A stretch of 63,692 bases of DNA, counting the filler, from Octopus bimaculoides (taxonomy: Eukaryota): assembly GCF_001194135.2 (NCBI RefSeq). It is 5 parts of 4 records of this genome, joined end to end, with 100 filler letters (N's around TTAATTAATTAA, not from the genome) between each part and the next. Parts side by side here need not be neighbours in the genome. Positions count along the whole stretch, not along the records: positions 21,607 to 40,648 come from NC_068993.1; positions 40,749 to 50,117 come from NC_068992.1; positions 50,218 to 61,878 come from NC_068992.1; 2 more parts are not named here. One strand, 5' to 3'. Every line of letters starts with the position of its first letter. Within the stretch, counting starts at the first letter, position 1. The position numbers and the translations under genes were made by a program. Positions 39,822 to 53,483 of this stretch are shown here, one piece after another. Below the pieces are notes generated by a model, which saw only the letters and a program-made list of their open reading frames with translations, had not been told where the DNA came from and did not search any database.

Positions 39822-40393
39822 TATAATGTATATATATATACACATATAATATATATATATAATATAATAATAATAAAAATGATAATAATAATAATTTATA
39901 TATATATACGTATATGTATGTATATATGTATGTTTCTATCACCATACTAATACTATTTAGTGCATTTTTCAAAATACATACATACACACATACATACATA
40001 CATACATACATACACATACATACATACATACATTCATACACACACATACACGCGCAACACATGTATAAATGCATACGTATTTGCATTTGTACGTTGTATC
40101 GAATGTTCGTATGTGAATGAATATACGTATAATGAGTATGTGTGTGTGTGTGTGTGTGTGTGTATTTATGTATGTATATAGGTATGGCTCTATAAGTATT
40201 TACATGTATGAATGCGCATCAATATATGCCAACATATCTTTATGTAGACGTATGTACAGGTTTTGTCTTTACGTATGAATAATATTTCTTACGTATATTT
40301 TTGTGAAGGAACATATGAGTATGTATGTATCTGTGTCTGTGAGTGGGCGTGTGAGCATATTTGTGAAGATGCATGTGTGTGTGCATGCATGCA

Positions 40394-40437
<44 letters not shown>

Positions 40438-40598
40438 TTCGTCTCGTATGACAAACTCAATTCGTCAACTCTACAAAATTAGGATCAAATATATTCATCT
40501 AAACAATGCTTCCATGCATATATTCTTTCGTTTCATCTTCCATTGAAATTGTATATCTATCTATCTATCTATCTATGTAAATAATATATATTTAGATA

Positions 40599-40648
<50 letters not shown>

Positions 40649-40814
40649 NNNNNNNNNNNNNNNNNNNNNNNNNNNNNNNNNNNNNNNNNNNNTTAATTAA
40701 TTAANNNNNNNNNNNNNNNNNNNNNNNNNNNNNNNNNNNNNNNNNNNNATATATATATATATATATATGTATTTATATATGTATATATATGCATATATAT
40801 ATGTATATATACAT

Positions 40815-40865
<51 letters not shown>

Positions 40866-42226
40866 TATTGCTATATATGTATATATGCATACATAAAAAC
40901 ACACACACACATACATATGCACATCGATGTCATTGATTCCAAAGGAATCGATGAGTTTTTATAGTTTTATTTAAATGATAACTTGTTATACAAGTAAAGA
41001 CATCAACTTTAAAACACTTAAAAATAGAAAGATGGTGCTGTATTGATTTCTGGCTGAGAATGAAGCGGTTCAATAAAACGTTTTTGGGGGAGAGAAGATT
41101 AGAGTCGCATTTATGATTTTCTTGCAGTTTGTATTTTTCGTAAGTACTCAGTCGTTCATGGCAGCATCACCTTACGAAACAAAAAACTGTGTGACGGTCT
41201 TTCTACATATCATCAGTATGAGAGTTGGAAAACCTTAGGCAGGACACTGCAGGAGAATAAAGCATGAAATATCCAGCGATGTCCTTTGAAAACCCATATC
41301 TGGACTGGTGGAAGACTGGTGGAAGACGCTTGCTGAAATATCAAGGATATAAAGACTGCTATGGAAGATCACGATGTCAGGCCTGGAAGACTTGCATTCG
41401 TCTGGACAAGTCACATGAACAGATAGATAGAAGTGTGTGGCAACTGAGAATCGACGGGCATTCTGTAAAATATGATTCTGTCATTACCAGTCTTGTAACA
41501 GAATGTCCTTTCCTTTGCATATTGCTAACTTTGATTTTCAATAGAAATCAGGATTGGAAGAATGCATTCTTTTTAAGATAATTAATTAGTCATTTCGTGT
41601 TTTCGTATAATCAGGCATTTTTCTGTTTTAATTTTTAGCATTCAGGTATGAATTATATCACTCTAAAAATTAATTAAAAATGAAAATAATGAAGCATATA
41701 ATATGAACAAAAAACATTCATTAATGTGAAAATAAATAAAAGAAGAAAAGCAACTTCATAGATATCAGCAACATAAGGCTAGCTTTTTAAGCGTCGACAC
41801 AAACACACACACACTTATACACACACACATGCACACACACCATACACATACATACACACACATACATATATATGTATATGCACACATTATATATGCGCAC
41901 ATGTGCATGGTTGTATACTTTTATTTATATCTATAAATACATATATATGCTGTACATGCAATCTTTTTTATTACTTTACTTCAGATAACAGATTACATTT
42001 TGTTTCACATTTAATCATTCATATATTCTGACAGAATTCAAAAACATTTTTAATGGAAAAACTTTCTGAAAAGTAACTTACATATTATGTAATTGTTGAA
42101 CATCTGATAGTGTAATATCTTAATATATAACAGAATATACCTCATGGTGAAATGAATTCAATAACATTTCCTTTTTTCTTCAACAGCTATTACCAGGGGT
42201 TTCGCCACGTATTGACTCAGAAATGA

Positions 42227-42263
<37 letters not shown>

Positions 42264-42508
42264 TATATATATATATAATACGTATCTATATATAAACATA
42301 AAAATATGTATGTATATATGTATACATATGCATACACATGTATATGTATATGTATATATACAGATAGATATATGTATATATATACCTATATATATTTTTA
42401 TATATATAACTATATATATCTATGTATATGCATATATACCTACATGCATATATATGCATATATATATATACCTATATATATGCATATACATATATATACC
42501 TATATATA

Positions 42509-42549
<41 letters not shown>

Positions 42550-43109
42550 NNNNNNNNNNNNNNNNNNNNNNNNNNNNNNNNNNNNNNNNNNNNNNNNNNN
42601 NNNNNNNNNNNNNNNNNNNNNNNNNNNNNNNNNNNNNNNNNNNNNNNNNNNNNNNNNNNNNNNNNNNNNNNNNNNNNNNNNNNNNNNNNNNNNNNNNNNN
42701 NNNNNNNNNNNNNNNNNNNNNNNNNNNNNNNNNNNNNNNNNNNNNNNNNNNNNNNNNNNNNNNNNNNNNNNNNNNNNNNNNNNNNNNNNNNNNNNNNNNN
42801 NNNNNNNNNNNNNNNNNNNNNNNNNNNNNNNNNNNNNNNNNNNNNNNNNNNNNNNNNNNNNNNNNNNNNNNNNNNNNNNNNNNNNNNNNNNNNNNNNNNN
42901 NNNNNNNNNNNNNNNNNNNNNNNNNNNNNNNNNNNNNNNNNNNNNNNNNNNNNNNNNNNNNNNNNNNNNNNNNNNNNNNNNNNNNNNNNNNNNNNNNNNN
43001 NNNNNNNNNNNNNNNNNNNNNNNNNNNNNNNNNNNNNNNNNNNNNNNNNNNNNNNNNNNNNNNNNNNNNNNNNNNNNNNNNNNNNNNNNNNNNNNNNNNN
43101 NNNNNNNNN

Positions 43110-43184
<75 letters not shown>

Positions 43185-44010
43185 CTTTATGTGTGTTTGT
43201 GTGTGTAAAGAAATGGATTGGAATATTAATATACTGCATGTGCGTTTTTGAATATTTCAGTGACTTAATGTAGTTTTTCGCTGAGTATAATACGGTTACC
43301 TGCTTCCTGATTACTTTATGCAATATCTTTCGTAGCAGTGTAGACGTCAAAAGTTCACAACAGTGCTCAAAGCCTGATATTTCATATTGAAACAAATTCT
43401 CTCGATACCTCTCCGCAAAGGCGAGAATCTGTATCTGTATATTTATTTATTGTTTTTTAGTGTAATCATATGTACGTATGTATATAATTATGTATTAATA
43501 TACCTATGTGCTTATACATGTACTCATCTACGTATGTATTCAAGCATATATACATACGTATATGTATATGTATGTATACATAGATACATACATACATACC
43601 TATATATATCACATGAATAAAGTTACAACATGGTCTGGTTTTCACGTTTTTTAATATTGTATGTAAAGAAAAATGGTTACAATGTTGAAGTGTGTTGAAC
43701 GTAAAAAAATTATTTTGTAATGTTCATGAAGTTCAATTAGCGCCTTCATACGTTCGCAGTAATCATCAGATTTCAAAATCAATAGACTGACAGTTGAGTT
43801 GAATGCCTGACAACTGTAGTAAGATGACCGATGTTTTCCTTTTTATACTTTTGAGAAGGCTCAAAGGTATAAAATTCCAATTTTTCGAATACGGTTTCGA
43901 CCACTCAGCTTGCAACTTAAACGTCACCGTTTACCGGGCGCACCAATATTGCTGCCATATAACCCCACTTTATTTTAAAAAAATTAGCTTGCCATTTACA
44001 CGTAATGCTT

Positions 44011-44388
44011 TTATGAGTCGGAAAGCTTTGTTGGTTTCTTTTTGATGACAGTTATACTGTAATTTTTAAGACGCTTAAGGGCAGATTTTTCTAGTTTTGA
44101 AATGTTTGATCTGACATTGATGTTATGGCTGAATGGAAATCTGGAGAGGATACCAATGAGATGATCTAGATGTGTGTTTCGTCCATTTGGCGGGTCAAAT
44201 TTTGATTGATTTTTCGCCAAGGTTTCGTCATCCACGTTATTTTTATCAGTAAGAAACTCCACAAGTCGTAGTCTACAACAAAAGCGTTTGATATCTTCCT
44301 CCAATCCCTGATGGTTGACTGTAGGTGTAGTTGATCCGAAACGTACCGTCAAGCTAGTGAAGAAATGACTCAAGAACAATGATGTCAA
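44011..44388 (-). mobile_element. Penelope-like element N-terminal (pre-RT) fragment
   Basis: ...EEDIKRFCCRLRLVEF...SKFDPPNGRNTHLD...SNISKLEKSALKRLKNYSITVIKK, matching the PLE pattern 'F.RRLRL.EF...PP...N.S..E..AL..L.....VIK.ADKG'. Confidence 0.8.
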
Positions 44389-45130
44389 CGTCCTAGAATG
44401 GCCATATATATATATATATATATATANNNNNNNNNNNNNNNNNNNNNNNNNNNNNNNNNNNNNNNNNNNNNNNNNNNNNNNNNNNNNNNNNNNNNNNNNN
44501 NNNNNNNNNNNNNNNNNNNNNNNNNNNNNNNNNNNNNNNNNNNNNNNNNNNNNNNNNNNNNNNNNNNNNNNNNNNNNNNNNNNNNNNNNNNNNNNNNNNN
44601 NNNNNNNNNNNNNNNNNNNNNNNNNNNNNNNNNNNNNNNNNNNNNNNNNNNNNNNNNNNNNNNNNNNNNNNNNNNNNNNNNNNNNNNNNNNNNNNNNNNN
44701 NNNNNNNNNNNNNNNNNNNNNNNNNNNNNNNNNNNNNNNNNNNNNNNNNNNNNNNNNNNNNNNNNNNNNNNNNNNNNNNNNNNNNNNNNNNNNNNNNNNN
44801 NNNNNNNNNNNNNNNNNNNNNNNNNNNNNNNNNNNNNNNNNNNNNNNNNNNNNNNNNNNNNNNNNNNNNNNNNNNNNNNNNNNNNNNNNNNNNNNNNNNN
44901 NNNNNNNNNNNNNNNNNNNNNNNNNNNNNNNNNNNNNNNNNNNNNNNNNNNNNNNNNNNNNNNNNNNNNNNNNNNNNNNNNNNNNNNNNNNNNNNNNNNN
45001 NNNNNNNNNNNNNNNNNNNNNNNNNNNNNNNNNNNNNNNNNNNNNNNNNNNNNNNNNNNNNNNNNNNNNNNNNNNNNNNNNNNNNNNNNNNNNNNNNNNN
45101 NNNNNNNNNNNNNNNNNNNNNNNNNNNNNN

Positions 45131-45207
<77 letters not shown>

Positions 45208-46154
45208 TAGACAGACAGACAGAGACAGAGACAGACAGAGAGGAAGTGTAACGGGTAAAATCCAGGCAACATGTTTCTCAGCAAGCTGATCCTCTGATAA
45301 TTACTCAACGAGGTGTCCTCAACGTAGCTAACCATCAAGTCATGCTTTTCTTAAATACATGACAGTTATATTGTTGCTTGAAACTCACCGAATATATAAG
45401 TTGAGTAGCTAAGTAGATCGTCTAACTAAGAAACATATGTAACCTGGAATTTACACGCTCCATTCCCTAAATTTGGATTTTTATTCACATTCATAGCAGC
45501 TCTACTCGCTTAACGTGAGCTAAACGCACACTTTCTGCTCATCGAATTTCCTCGCAACTTCAATATGGAGAAAACTGCAACCCTTGACGCCAATAAATTG
45601 TTATTGATCCTTTCTGTACCTTGCCCGGTTTTGGTTTTCTGTTGCTGCCATGGACTGTTTACAGCTTATAATCTTCATCCACTTGGATCTCTAGACCATA
45701 TCCTTACATACATACATACACATATGTATGTATATATAAATGTATGTATATGTATATATATATATATATATATATNNNNNNNNNNNNNNNNNNNNNNNNN
45801 NNNNNNNNNNNNNNNNNNNNNNNNNNNNNNNNNNNNNNNNNNNNNNNNNNNNNNNNNNNNNNNNNNNNNNNNNNNNNNNNNNNNNNNNNNNNNNNNNNNN
45901 NNNNNNNNNNNNNNNNNNNNNNNNNNNNNNNNNNNNNNNNNNNNNNNNNNNNNNNNNNNNNNNNNNNNNNNNNNNNNNNNNNNNNNNNNNNNNNNNNNNN
46001 NNNNNNNNNNNNNNNNNNNNNNNNNNNNNNNNNNNNNNNNNNNNNNNNNNNNNNNNNNNNNNNNNNNNNNNNNNNNNNNNNNNNNNNNNNNNNNNNNNNN
46101 NNNNNNNNNNNNNNNNNNNNNNNNNNNNNNNNNNNNNNNNNNNNNNNNNNNNNN

Positions 46155-46541
46155 TACCAACCACATGGTTCTGGGTTCAGTCCCACTGCGTGGCACCTTG
46201 GGCAAGTGTCTTCTACTATATCCTCGGGCTGACCAAAGCCTTGTGAGTGGATTTGGTAGACGGAAACTGAAAGAAGCCCGTCGTATATATGTATATATAT
46301 GTATATGTATGTGTGTGTATGTTTGTGTGTCTGTGTTTGTCCCCCAACATCGCTTGACAACCGATGCTGATGCGTTTACGTCCCCGTAACTTAGCGGTTC
46401 GGCAAAAGAGAGACCGATAGAATAAGTACTAGGCTTCCAAAGAATGAGTCCTGGGGTCGATTTACTCGACTCAAAGGCGGTGCTCCAGCATGGCCGCAAT
46501 CAAATGACAGAAACAAGTAAGGGAGTAAGGGAGTAAGGGAG
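46155..46541 (+). mobile_element. SINE family A, near-complete copy with an internal (TA)/(TG) cassette and a tandem tail
   Basis: B-box-like ggttcagtccc; body; internal microsatellite 46284-46325; ends gaaacaagtaagggagtaagggagtaagggag. Confidence 0.85.
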
Positions 46542-47305
46542 AATATGTATGCCAATGATTTTAGTATTTTTAAAGCAAAAAAAAATAGCGAGTTATGAAA
46601 ATGTAGGAGTCGATGTATTGTAATTTTACCTTGTATTTCAATATTTCGTGATAAGAACCTCTTCATTTGGGAATCTGTACACGCAATATAGAACGGAGAA
46701 GTCAGCGCATAAAATCATATCCCCAAAGATTTCTTGAAGAAGATGAACTAAGCAGGAAATAGAGAAACACCCAGTAAAAGTGTAAACCATCGACTAATAT
46801 ATTTCTTTTAACTCGCATTATTTTGGTATTAATATTTATCAATATCATGCAAAGCATACTGTATTGGATAAGTATACGTATATTAAAGTAGTATAGTTTT
46901 GAATATGTGAGTGCATGTATGTGTGTGTGTATGTGTTTGTACGTATGTGTGCGTATAGCCTTATTATTATGTGTGCTAGTCATGGAAATGCAAACACACA
47001 CATTCACACACACACATACACACTCAGAAACGCTCACACATATGCGAATACGGATACAAATGCATTTTTATATATACTTATACATATGCATGTCTGTATG
47101 TTTAAGCTTACGTAAGCTGAGTTATTCGAAGATGCATTAAAACGTCGAGGTTTCTCTCAATAGTATCATTATAATAAATGTTTCATTCCACACTTGCATT
47201 GAGCCTTTCATCCAACTAATAGTCCTTGTCTTTATGTGCATAAAAACATTTATTCCCCAGCACTCACTCTCGCTGTGTTTCCGCTTCACTCTCTCTCTCT
47301 TCCTC

Positions 47306-47436
<131 letters not shown>

Positions 47437-47720
47437 CTACATATATACATATCGCCATACATACATGCAAGTATATTTATCTGAAATGCAACATCAGGTT
47501 GCGGCAATATCTGCTTGAGGATTAAACGGCTGTTAAATGTATACAGCCCCTCAATCTATCTTTCGGAGAACCTGCCGATAAATACGAGATGCCCATTTCA
47601 TTCCTGCTGAAGTATAAATTTCACCTATTATTTATCACAGAGCAAGCATCTGAAAGTTGGCTTCTTTATTCCATATTATTAAATAAAACTTCGTGCTAAC
47701 TCCCTGCTGATTTAACAGAC

Positions 47721-48391
47721 ATTCATGCAAAGTCAAAATAACCTGTGTAATCGATAATTGCAATATATGATAATAGAAATCGACCAGTTCTTTACCAGTC
47801 GATGTCATTTTTGTTCTTCTGGGAAATCATATATATCCAGTTAATTCCTACCATTTGACCTGTTCGGATTCGTTGTTGCTGTTATGTTTATGGTATGTCA
47901 TATTTACCCTATCGTTGTGGTGGTGGTGGTGGTGGTGGTGTGTAGTGGCAGTAGAATGATATACTACGGTGGTGGTATATCAGAGGACATCATGATTTTT
48001 TTCAATACTTAATTCTGTGCCTTGAAGGAATTTGGTTTTACAGATTTAGTAAATGAAATTGGTGTAGTGGTTAACGTGTCAATTGTAATACATGCTGCGA
48101 TAACTATTCCGGTTCATTGTGATCAGAGTTGAAATGTCGGTATGACCCATTGGGTGAGAGACTTAATCCATCACCTGATTTAACATCCAAAATTGAAACA
48201 TCGGTTGTCTTGAGGGAAATCCAGTATATTGTTTGCATTCAGACCCCGTCTCAGGTTTTATGTTTTCATCCACTGTTTCTACCACAAGCATCAAATCCAC
48301 TGCAAAAGGTCCTGGTTACAACCCATCCACGATTTGTATTATCATATATTGCAGTTATCGATTACATAAGTTATTTCGACTTTGCATGAAT
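47721..48391. repeat. 62-bp inverted repeat pair (57/62 identical) enclosing 547 bp; possible MITE
   Basis: 47721-47782 attcatgcaaagtcaaaataacctgtgtaatcgataattgcaatatatgataatagaaatcg versus the reverse complement of 48330-48391. No target-site duplication seen. Confidence 0.85.
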
Positions 48392-48600
48392 TGAGATTTC
48401 GATTCCTGGACCAGGCGACAAATCTTGTTCTTGAGGAAAAACCCTTCATTTTGTGTTGCTCCAGGTCACTCAGTTCGCAAAAATGAGTAATCCTGTGACA
48501 GACCGGCGTCCGTCCTGGTGGAGAATATATACACCAAGGAAACCGGTAAACTGGTCCTTATGAGTCAGTATGAATCTAGAAGGTAACCTTTACGTTTGTT
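48392..48600 (+). mobile_element. 5'-truncated tRNA-derived SINE (family E)
   Basis: Starts at a B-box-like gagatttcgattcctggacc, followed by a SINE-like body. Only one copy in the window, so support is by general resemblance. Confidence 0.5.
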
Positions 48601-50299
48601 TCATGCTCCATGGGTAGCAAAGGGCTTAACTATATAAATACACAGTAATAATTCGGTACGTTTTATCATGGTCTTGAGGAGTAGAAATAATCACTAGCTG
48701 GGTTTAATACCTCCACTTGAAATCTGAATATTATTAGCAGTGTCCAGTCTAATGAAAATATTCTCTTTTTTTCCTGTGTCGGGATAGTTATACCACCGAT
48801 ATTCTGATAACCTGATGTGCTGCATTTGACAGCTGCAACACGTTTTGTAATTTCTTCCTTCTGATATTTCCTTACCAGACCATGAAACTGTGAAAATGGT
48901 CATGAAAAGTGCACTTCGTCATCTTGGTTAAAACTCAAAGATATATGGAAGATAATCTAATTACTTAAATCCCTTTATCAGATTCATCACCTTGCATCTC
49001 TGTGAGCCTTCTTCTAAATGGAGCCGAAAGTTTGGCCATGAAGAATAATCTAGAGGACAAATTATTACGAGAAACTTTTCATTTCAACAATGTTTAATGA
49101 AGATTACACTGAAGTAGCTTCATGTTCTTTTTTTCCTCAGCATGTTCTACGCATAAGATGTTCAGTGTCTTTATATTATAATCTACAGAGAACACCTGTG
49201 AATTAAACTCCTGTGTGGCTACTAGCGATAAATATTAGCTACCTGATAGCATCTATTTATAATTGGTGAATGGATTTAGATATTGAAATTTTTGATATTT
49301 TGGGTTATTAGTTTAATTGAGTGTTAAGCATACTGTTTAGAGTTAATGGTTTAAGAAATAATGATCCTTTACCTGCAGGTGATCTGGTAAAATAATCACT
49401 CAGCTTCCTATTCGTAATTTACGATAACAAAATCTCAGTCTCGCAATTCTGAGGCAAAATTAAAGCGAGCTTAAATTTATTCTCATTTTATCATACACAC
49501 AATGAAATATTGGTAAGATACTGTCTGCAATTTCACTAATTGAACTTCATACAGTTTTTAAGAAATAAACAAAAAAGTGATTAAATAATTAAATACATAA
49601 ACAATGATACAAACCGGTGCTTGCCAAAGGAAATCAATAAATTTCTGTTAAAAAGTAATCGATTATATTCTTAACAAATCTGATTAAAATGTAATGCTGA
49701 GAAGCTAATATCAGAGTTATGTCCATTTTAAATCACAAGCGTGAAGCTCAGTAGAAAGTTTATTTTATTGTTTCTTTTGTTTGTGTTTTTGTTTAATAAA
49801 ATTTCACTCATTTAGCTATTTCGATAAAGAAACGAAGATGGATGATTCGAGCTAAGTGACATCAATAACAACTTTTTATAAGTCTGAAACCATATTAAGA
49901 TTTCAAGTAAATAAACGATAAATAACAATATTTAAGCATAGCTATAAAGAATGAGAACTATTTTATTACGTATCAATGCTGGTAGTAATTTTGTCTGAGG
50001 TGCTCTTTCAATCTCGGTTACGTAAGGAGTAAAAGTGTAAGGACAAAGCTGTTGCTATACGTTATACAGTTATAATAATGCGTTCGATCTAGTATATATA
50101 TATATATATATATATATNNNNNNNNNNNNNNNNNNNNNNNNNNNNNNNNNNNNNNNNNNNNTTAATTAATTAANNNNNNNNNNNNNNNNNNNNNNNNNNN
50201 NNNNNNNNNNNNNNNNNAAAATTCCAACAAAATGTGGACAGTAAAAGGTCAAATAAACGTTTACCTTCGCAGCCGATGTGACAGCACGTCCGTGAGAAG

Positions 50300-50345
<46 letters not shown>

Positions 50346-50516
50346 ACATTGAGGCGACAAGGGAGATAGAATTTAGGAAATTTTGGAAATCTCGAACGGC
50401 AGCATGACGCAACAGCAAAACGAACTGCATGCCTCTCAAACTCTGGCTGAGTGCTCTGTAGCATTGAGCTAAATGCAACCTGACCACAAATATCGTCTTT
50501 AATGTGTGGTGTGCAT

Positions 50517-50549
<33 letters not shown>

Positions 50550-50910
50550 CACACGCATACAGAAATGCACAACAGCAGTGAACAAAGGAGAAATAACTTT
50601 GTGTCCAGAGACATTAATTTGAAACAATGATGGATAAGGATAGGGTAAATGCCATGCAGAATGAAATCTTGGATCTATTGAAAGTATGCTCCCTTCGAAA
50701 GTAGGTAAACAATAGCCTAATGGCACTAACTGCAGATGAGAAGGGCGGTATTTCCAAACAACCAACAACCCTCCGAAATTCATGATTTATGAATGAAGAT
50801 GCAATGTTTTTTTTACTGTAAGAAAGACATTTCTGGTTATTATTATCATCTTCTTCATCACCATCATCATCATCTTCTTCATCATCATCATCATCATCAT
50901 CATTATTATT

Positions 50911-51120
50911 AAGACATCGAGGTAGTAGAATCGGTAGGGAGAAATCTGTAGAAAAATGCCCAACGGTATTTCTTCCTGTTATTTTCGTTCCAAATTCAAA
51001 TTCCACCGAAGTCAACATTTACCTTTCATCCTTCCGGTGTCGACAAAATGAAGTACCAAACGATTGAAACAGTTGGTCCTCCTTTCCTAAAATCTATTGC
51101 CCTTGTGCCAAAATTAGAAA
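50911..51120 (+). mobile_element. SINE family C, degenerate, ending in an (AAT)n tail
   Basis: ttcaaattccaccgaagtcaacatttacctttcatccttccggtgtcgacaaaatgaagtacc...gtgccaaaattagaaataataat, homologous to 59695-59897. Confidence 0.75.
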
Positions 51121-51158
51121 TAATAATAATAATAATAACAATAATAATAATAATAATG

Positions 51159-51212
<54 letters not shown>

Positions 51213-51263
51213 TTAATAATAATAATTATTTTTATTTTTATTTTTATTATTATTATTATTATA

Positions 51264-51321
<58 letters not shown>

Positions 51322-51322
<1 letters not shown>

Positions 51323-52240
51323 TATTGCTTTTGCACAGCTTCTAACGCTGTAGATGTACTACGGTGTCAACTGTTTTCTGCAAGTGCTCCACCTTTATTG
51401 CAGCCCCTATTTGTTCCACGTACTTCTCGAGATTTTTGCTCACTGTTCCCAGGGCTCCGACAATTATTGGTACTACCGCTACCTTATTCATCGACCACAA
51501 CTGCTTAACGTCCCAAGCTAACCTGTCATATCTCTCGACTTTTCTTTATTCCTTATCGCATACTATGTTGTCAGCTGGGCATGTTATATCTATGATCCAG
51601 GATTGTTTGTTTTCTTTCTTAACTATGACTATGTCCGGCTTTCTAGTCTCTGTCTCATGGTCACACTGAATCATAAAATCCCATTGGATATGTGCATTCT
51701 ATTTTCGACGATGCCTTCAGGTTTGTGGTCGTACCAAGTCCATACTTTTAACAAGGTGTTGAGTTGCGCAGCTATTCGTGCATGACATTCACCAAACCTT
51801 TTGATCCCAGTAGCCTTGAACTCCATCTGGTCCCGGGGCCTTCCAGTTGCTCATTTTTTTGCTGATTTCCTTCACACCCCTAACTGAAATGACTAGTTTT
51901 GCCTGTTTTGGACAGACTACTGTTTGTTTCAGTTCTTGCAACCATTCAGCATCCTTCTTGTGCTCCTTGTCTTTGCTCCAGATGTCACTCCAAAACCTTT
52001 GACTTTCGATGTTATCTGGTATCAACTTTTCATCTGTACACCCTCCATTTATTTCTCCCTAGAATCTCTTCGGATCTGCTCTGAATAACCTATTCTGGTG
52101 GTAACCCTTCATTCTTTGGTCGTATCTTACCATCTTTGCTTTTTTTTTTTTTGGCAAAGAGGCGCTGTTTCAGTTCCTCCATTATTACTTTCAGGCCCTT
52201 TCTTTGAATATTATAGTTCCTTTTCAGCGCCCTGTATTAT
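51322..52240 (-). mobile_element. R4/Dong-type element with the RT domain internally deleted
   Basis: EELKQRLFAK...NRLFRADPKRF...FWSDIWS...NWKAPGPDGVQGYW... is joined near 51740 directly to WYDHKPEGIVEN...WDF.IQCD...RKPDIVIV...IIVGALG. It ends in (TAA)n. Confidence 0.85.
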
Positions 52241-52250
52241 TATTATTACT

Positions 52251-52328
<78 letters not shown>

Positions 52329-52345
52329 CATATACACACAACAGA

Positions 52346-52872
52346 TTAGACTGTTGGAAAAGAAACGTCCCTGAGATTGGGCTCCAACAAGTAAACTTAT
52401 ATGCCAAGAACCCTCCTAAGTATCCTAGTTGTCCCTAAGAACACTGTTTTCTGCAGCTGTATTAAACTGGGTTTTGTGCCTATTCCTCTATCCATCTATT
52501 CAAACCTTTAAAGAGTTCCTAATGCATCTATACCTACTGGGATACATTTTACTGGCACTTTCCATAGTCTCTGTAATTCAATGGCTAGGTCCTGGTACTT
52601 TTACTAATTTTTCTATACATCTCATATTGATTGTTTCATCATTTGGGACTTCCTATTCTCTTTCTCTACTATAACAACTAAGTCAGGCCTCCTAGCTTCT
52701 ATTAGTCTGTCAGTTTGAATATTAAAGTCCCACAACATCTTATGTTTCTTACTTTCTACAACTTTACTAGGTTCATGTTCATACCATTTATCAGCATGGT
52801 CAAATCCTAGCTTGCTACATAACGCCCAGTGGATTACTCCCACTAGGTTGTCATGCATTTTCTTGTATTCTT
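52346..52872 (-). mobile_element. R4/Dong-type element, 5'-truncated, RLE domain only
   Basis: KEYKKMHDNLVGVIHWALC...WYEHEPSKVVES...WDFNIQTDRLIEARRPDLVV. It ends in (AAC)n(AAT)n. Confidence 0.88.
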
Positions 52873-52873
52873 T

Positions 52874-53063
52874 ATTATTACCTCCGCCTTAGCGAAGGCG
52901 GGGCATTGTTTTCAGTCATGTTTGTTTGTTTGTTTTCCGTGGACGAGATATCTCAAGTACCACTGGATGGATGCGGCAGAAACTTTCAGGGATGTTTGGC
53001 CTCACGGCTGGCACAAACTGATTAGATTTTGGGATCGATCCGGTACCGGACAAGAATTCTGGT
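52874..53063 (+). mobile_element. Helentron-associated non-autonomous (HINE-like) element, partial
   Basis: TTATTACCTCCGCC start, hairpin CCGCCTT-agcg-AAGGCGG, internal (TTTG)n, ...GATCCGG... layout typical of HINE/DINE-like elements. Confidence 0.6.
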
Positions 53064-53082
53064 GGTTATTATCATTATTATT

Positions 53083-53129
<47 letters not shown>

Positions 53130-53296
53130 CGTCGTCGTTGTTGTTGTCATATACATTCATATATAAGTGTAAGTATATATGTTAGTAACTATGTATTTAT
53201 ACACACACATACACATATCGAGATATACAGAAATACATATAGGCTTACACACATACTAACACACAGACATACATACTCACATATATTTCTGCACAT

Positions 53297-53402
<106 letters not shown>

Positions 53403-53446
53403 GTGTATAGATATGAATGCATATGCGTATGTATATATATATATAT

Positions 53447-53483
<37 letters not shown>

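Noticed and set aside
41185-41222. Minus-strand CTGATGA-tatgta-GAAA-gacc-GTC
   Set aside because: Stem II is one base pair and there is no stem I pairing.
41264-41581. 105-aa ORF; possible RTE LINE 3' remnant
   Set aside because: Only a vague resemblance, with a 12-bp tandem duplication and no diagnostic motif.
48666-48887. 73-codon open minus-strand frame (FHGLVRKYQKEEITKRVAAVKC...) after TTTTCACAG
   Set aside because: No family resemblance and no strong downstream donor; this length is reachable by chance.
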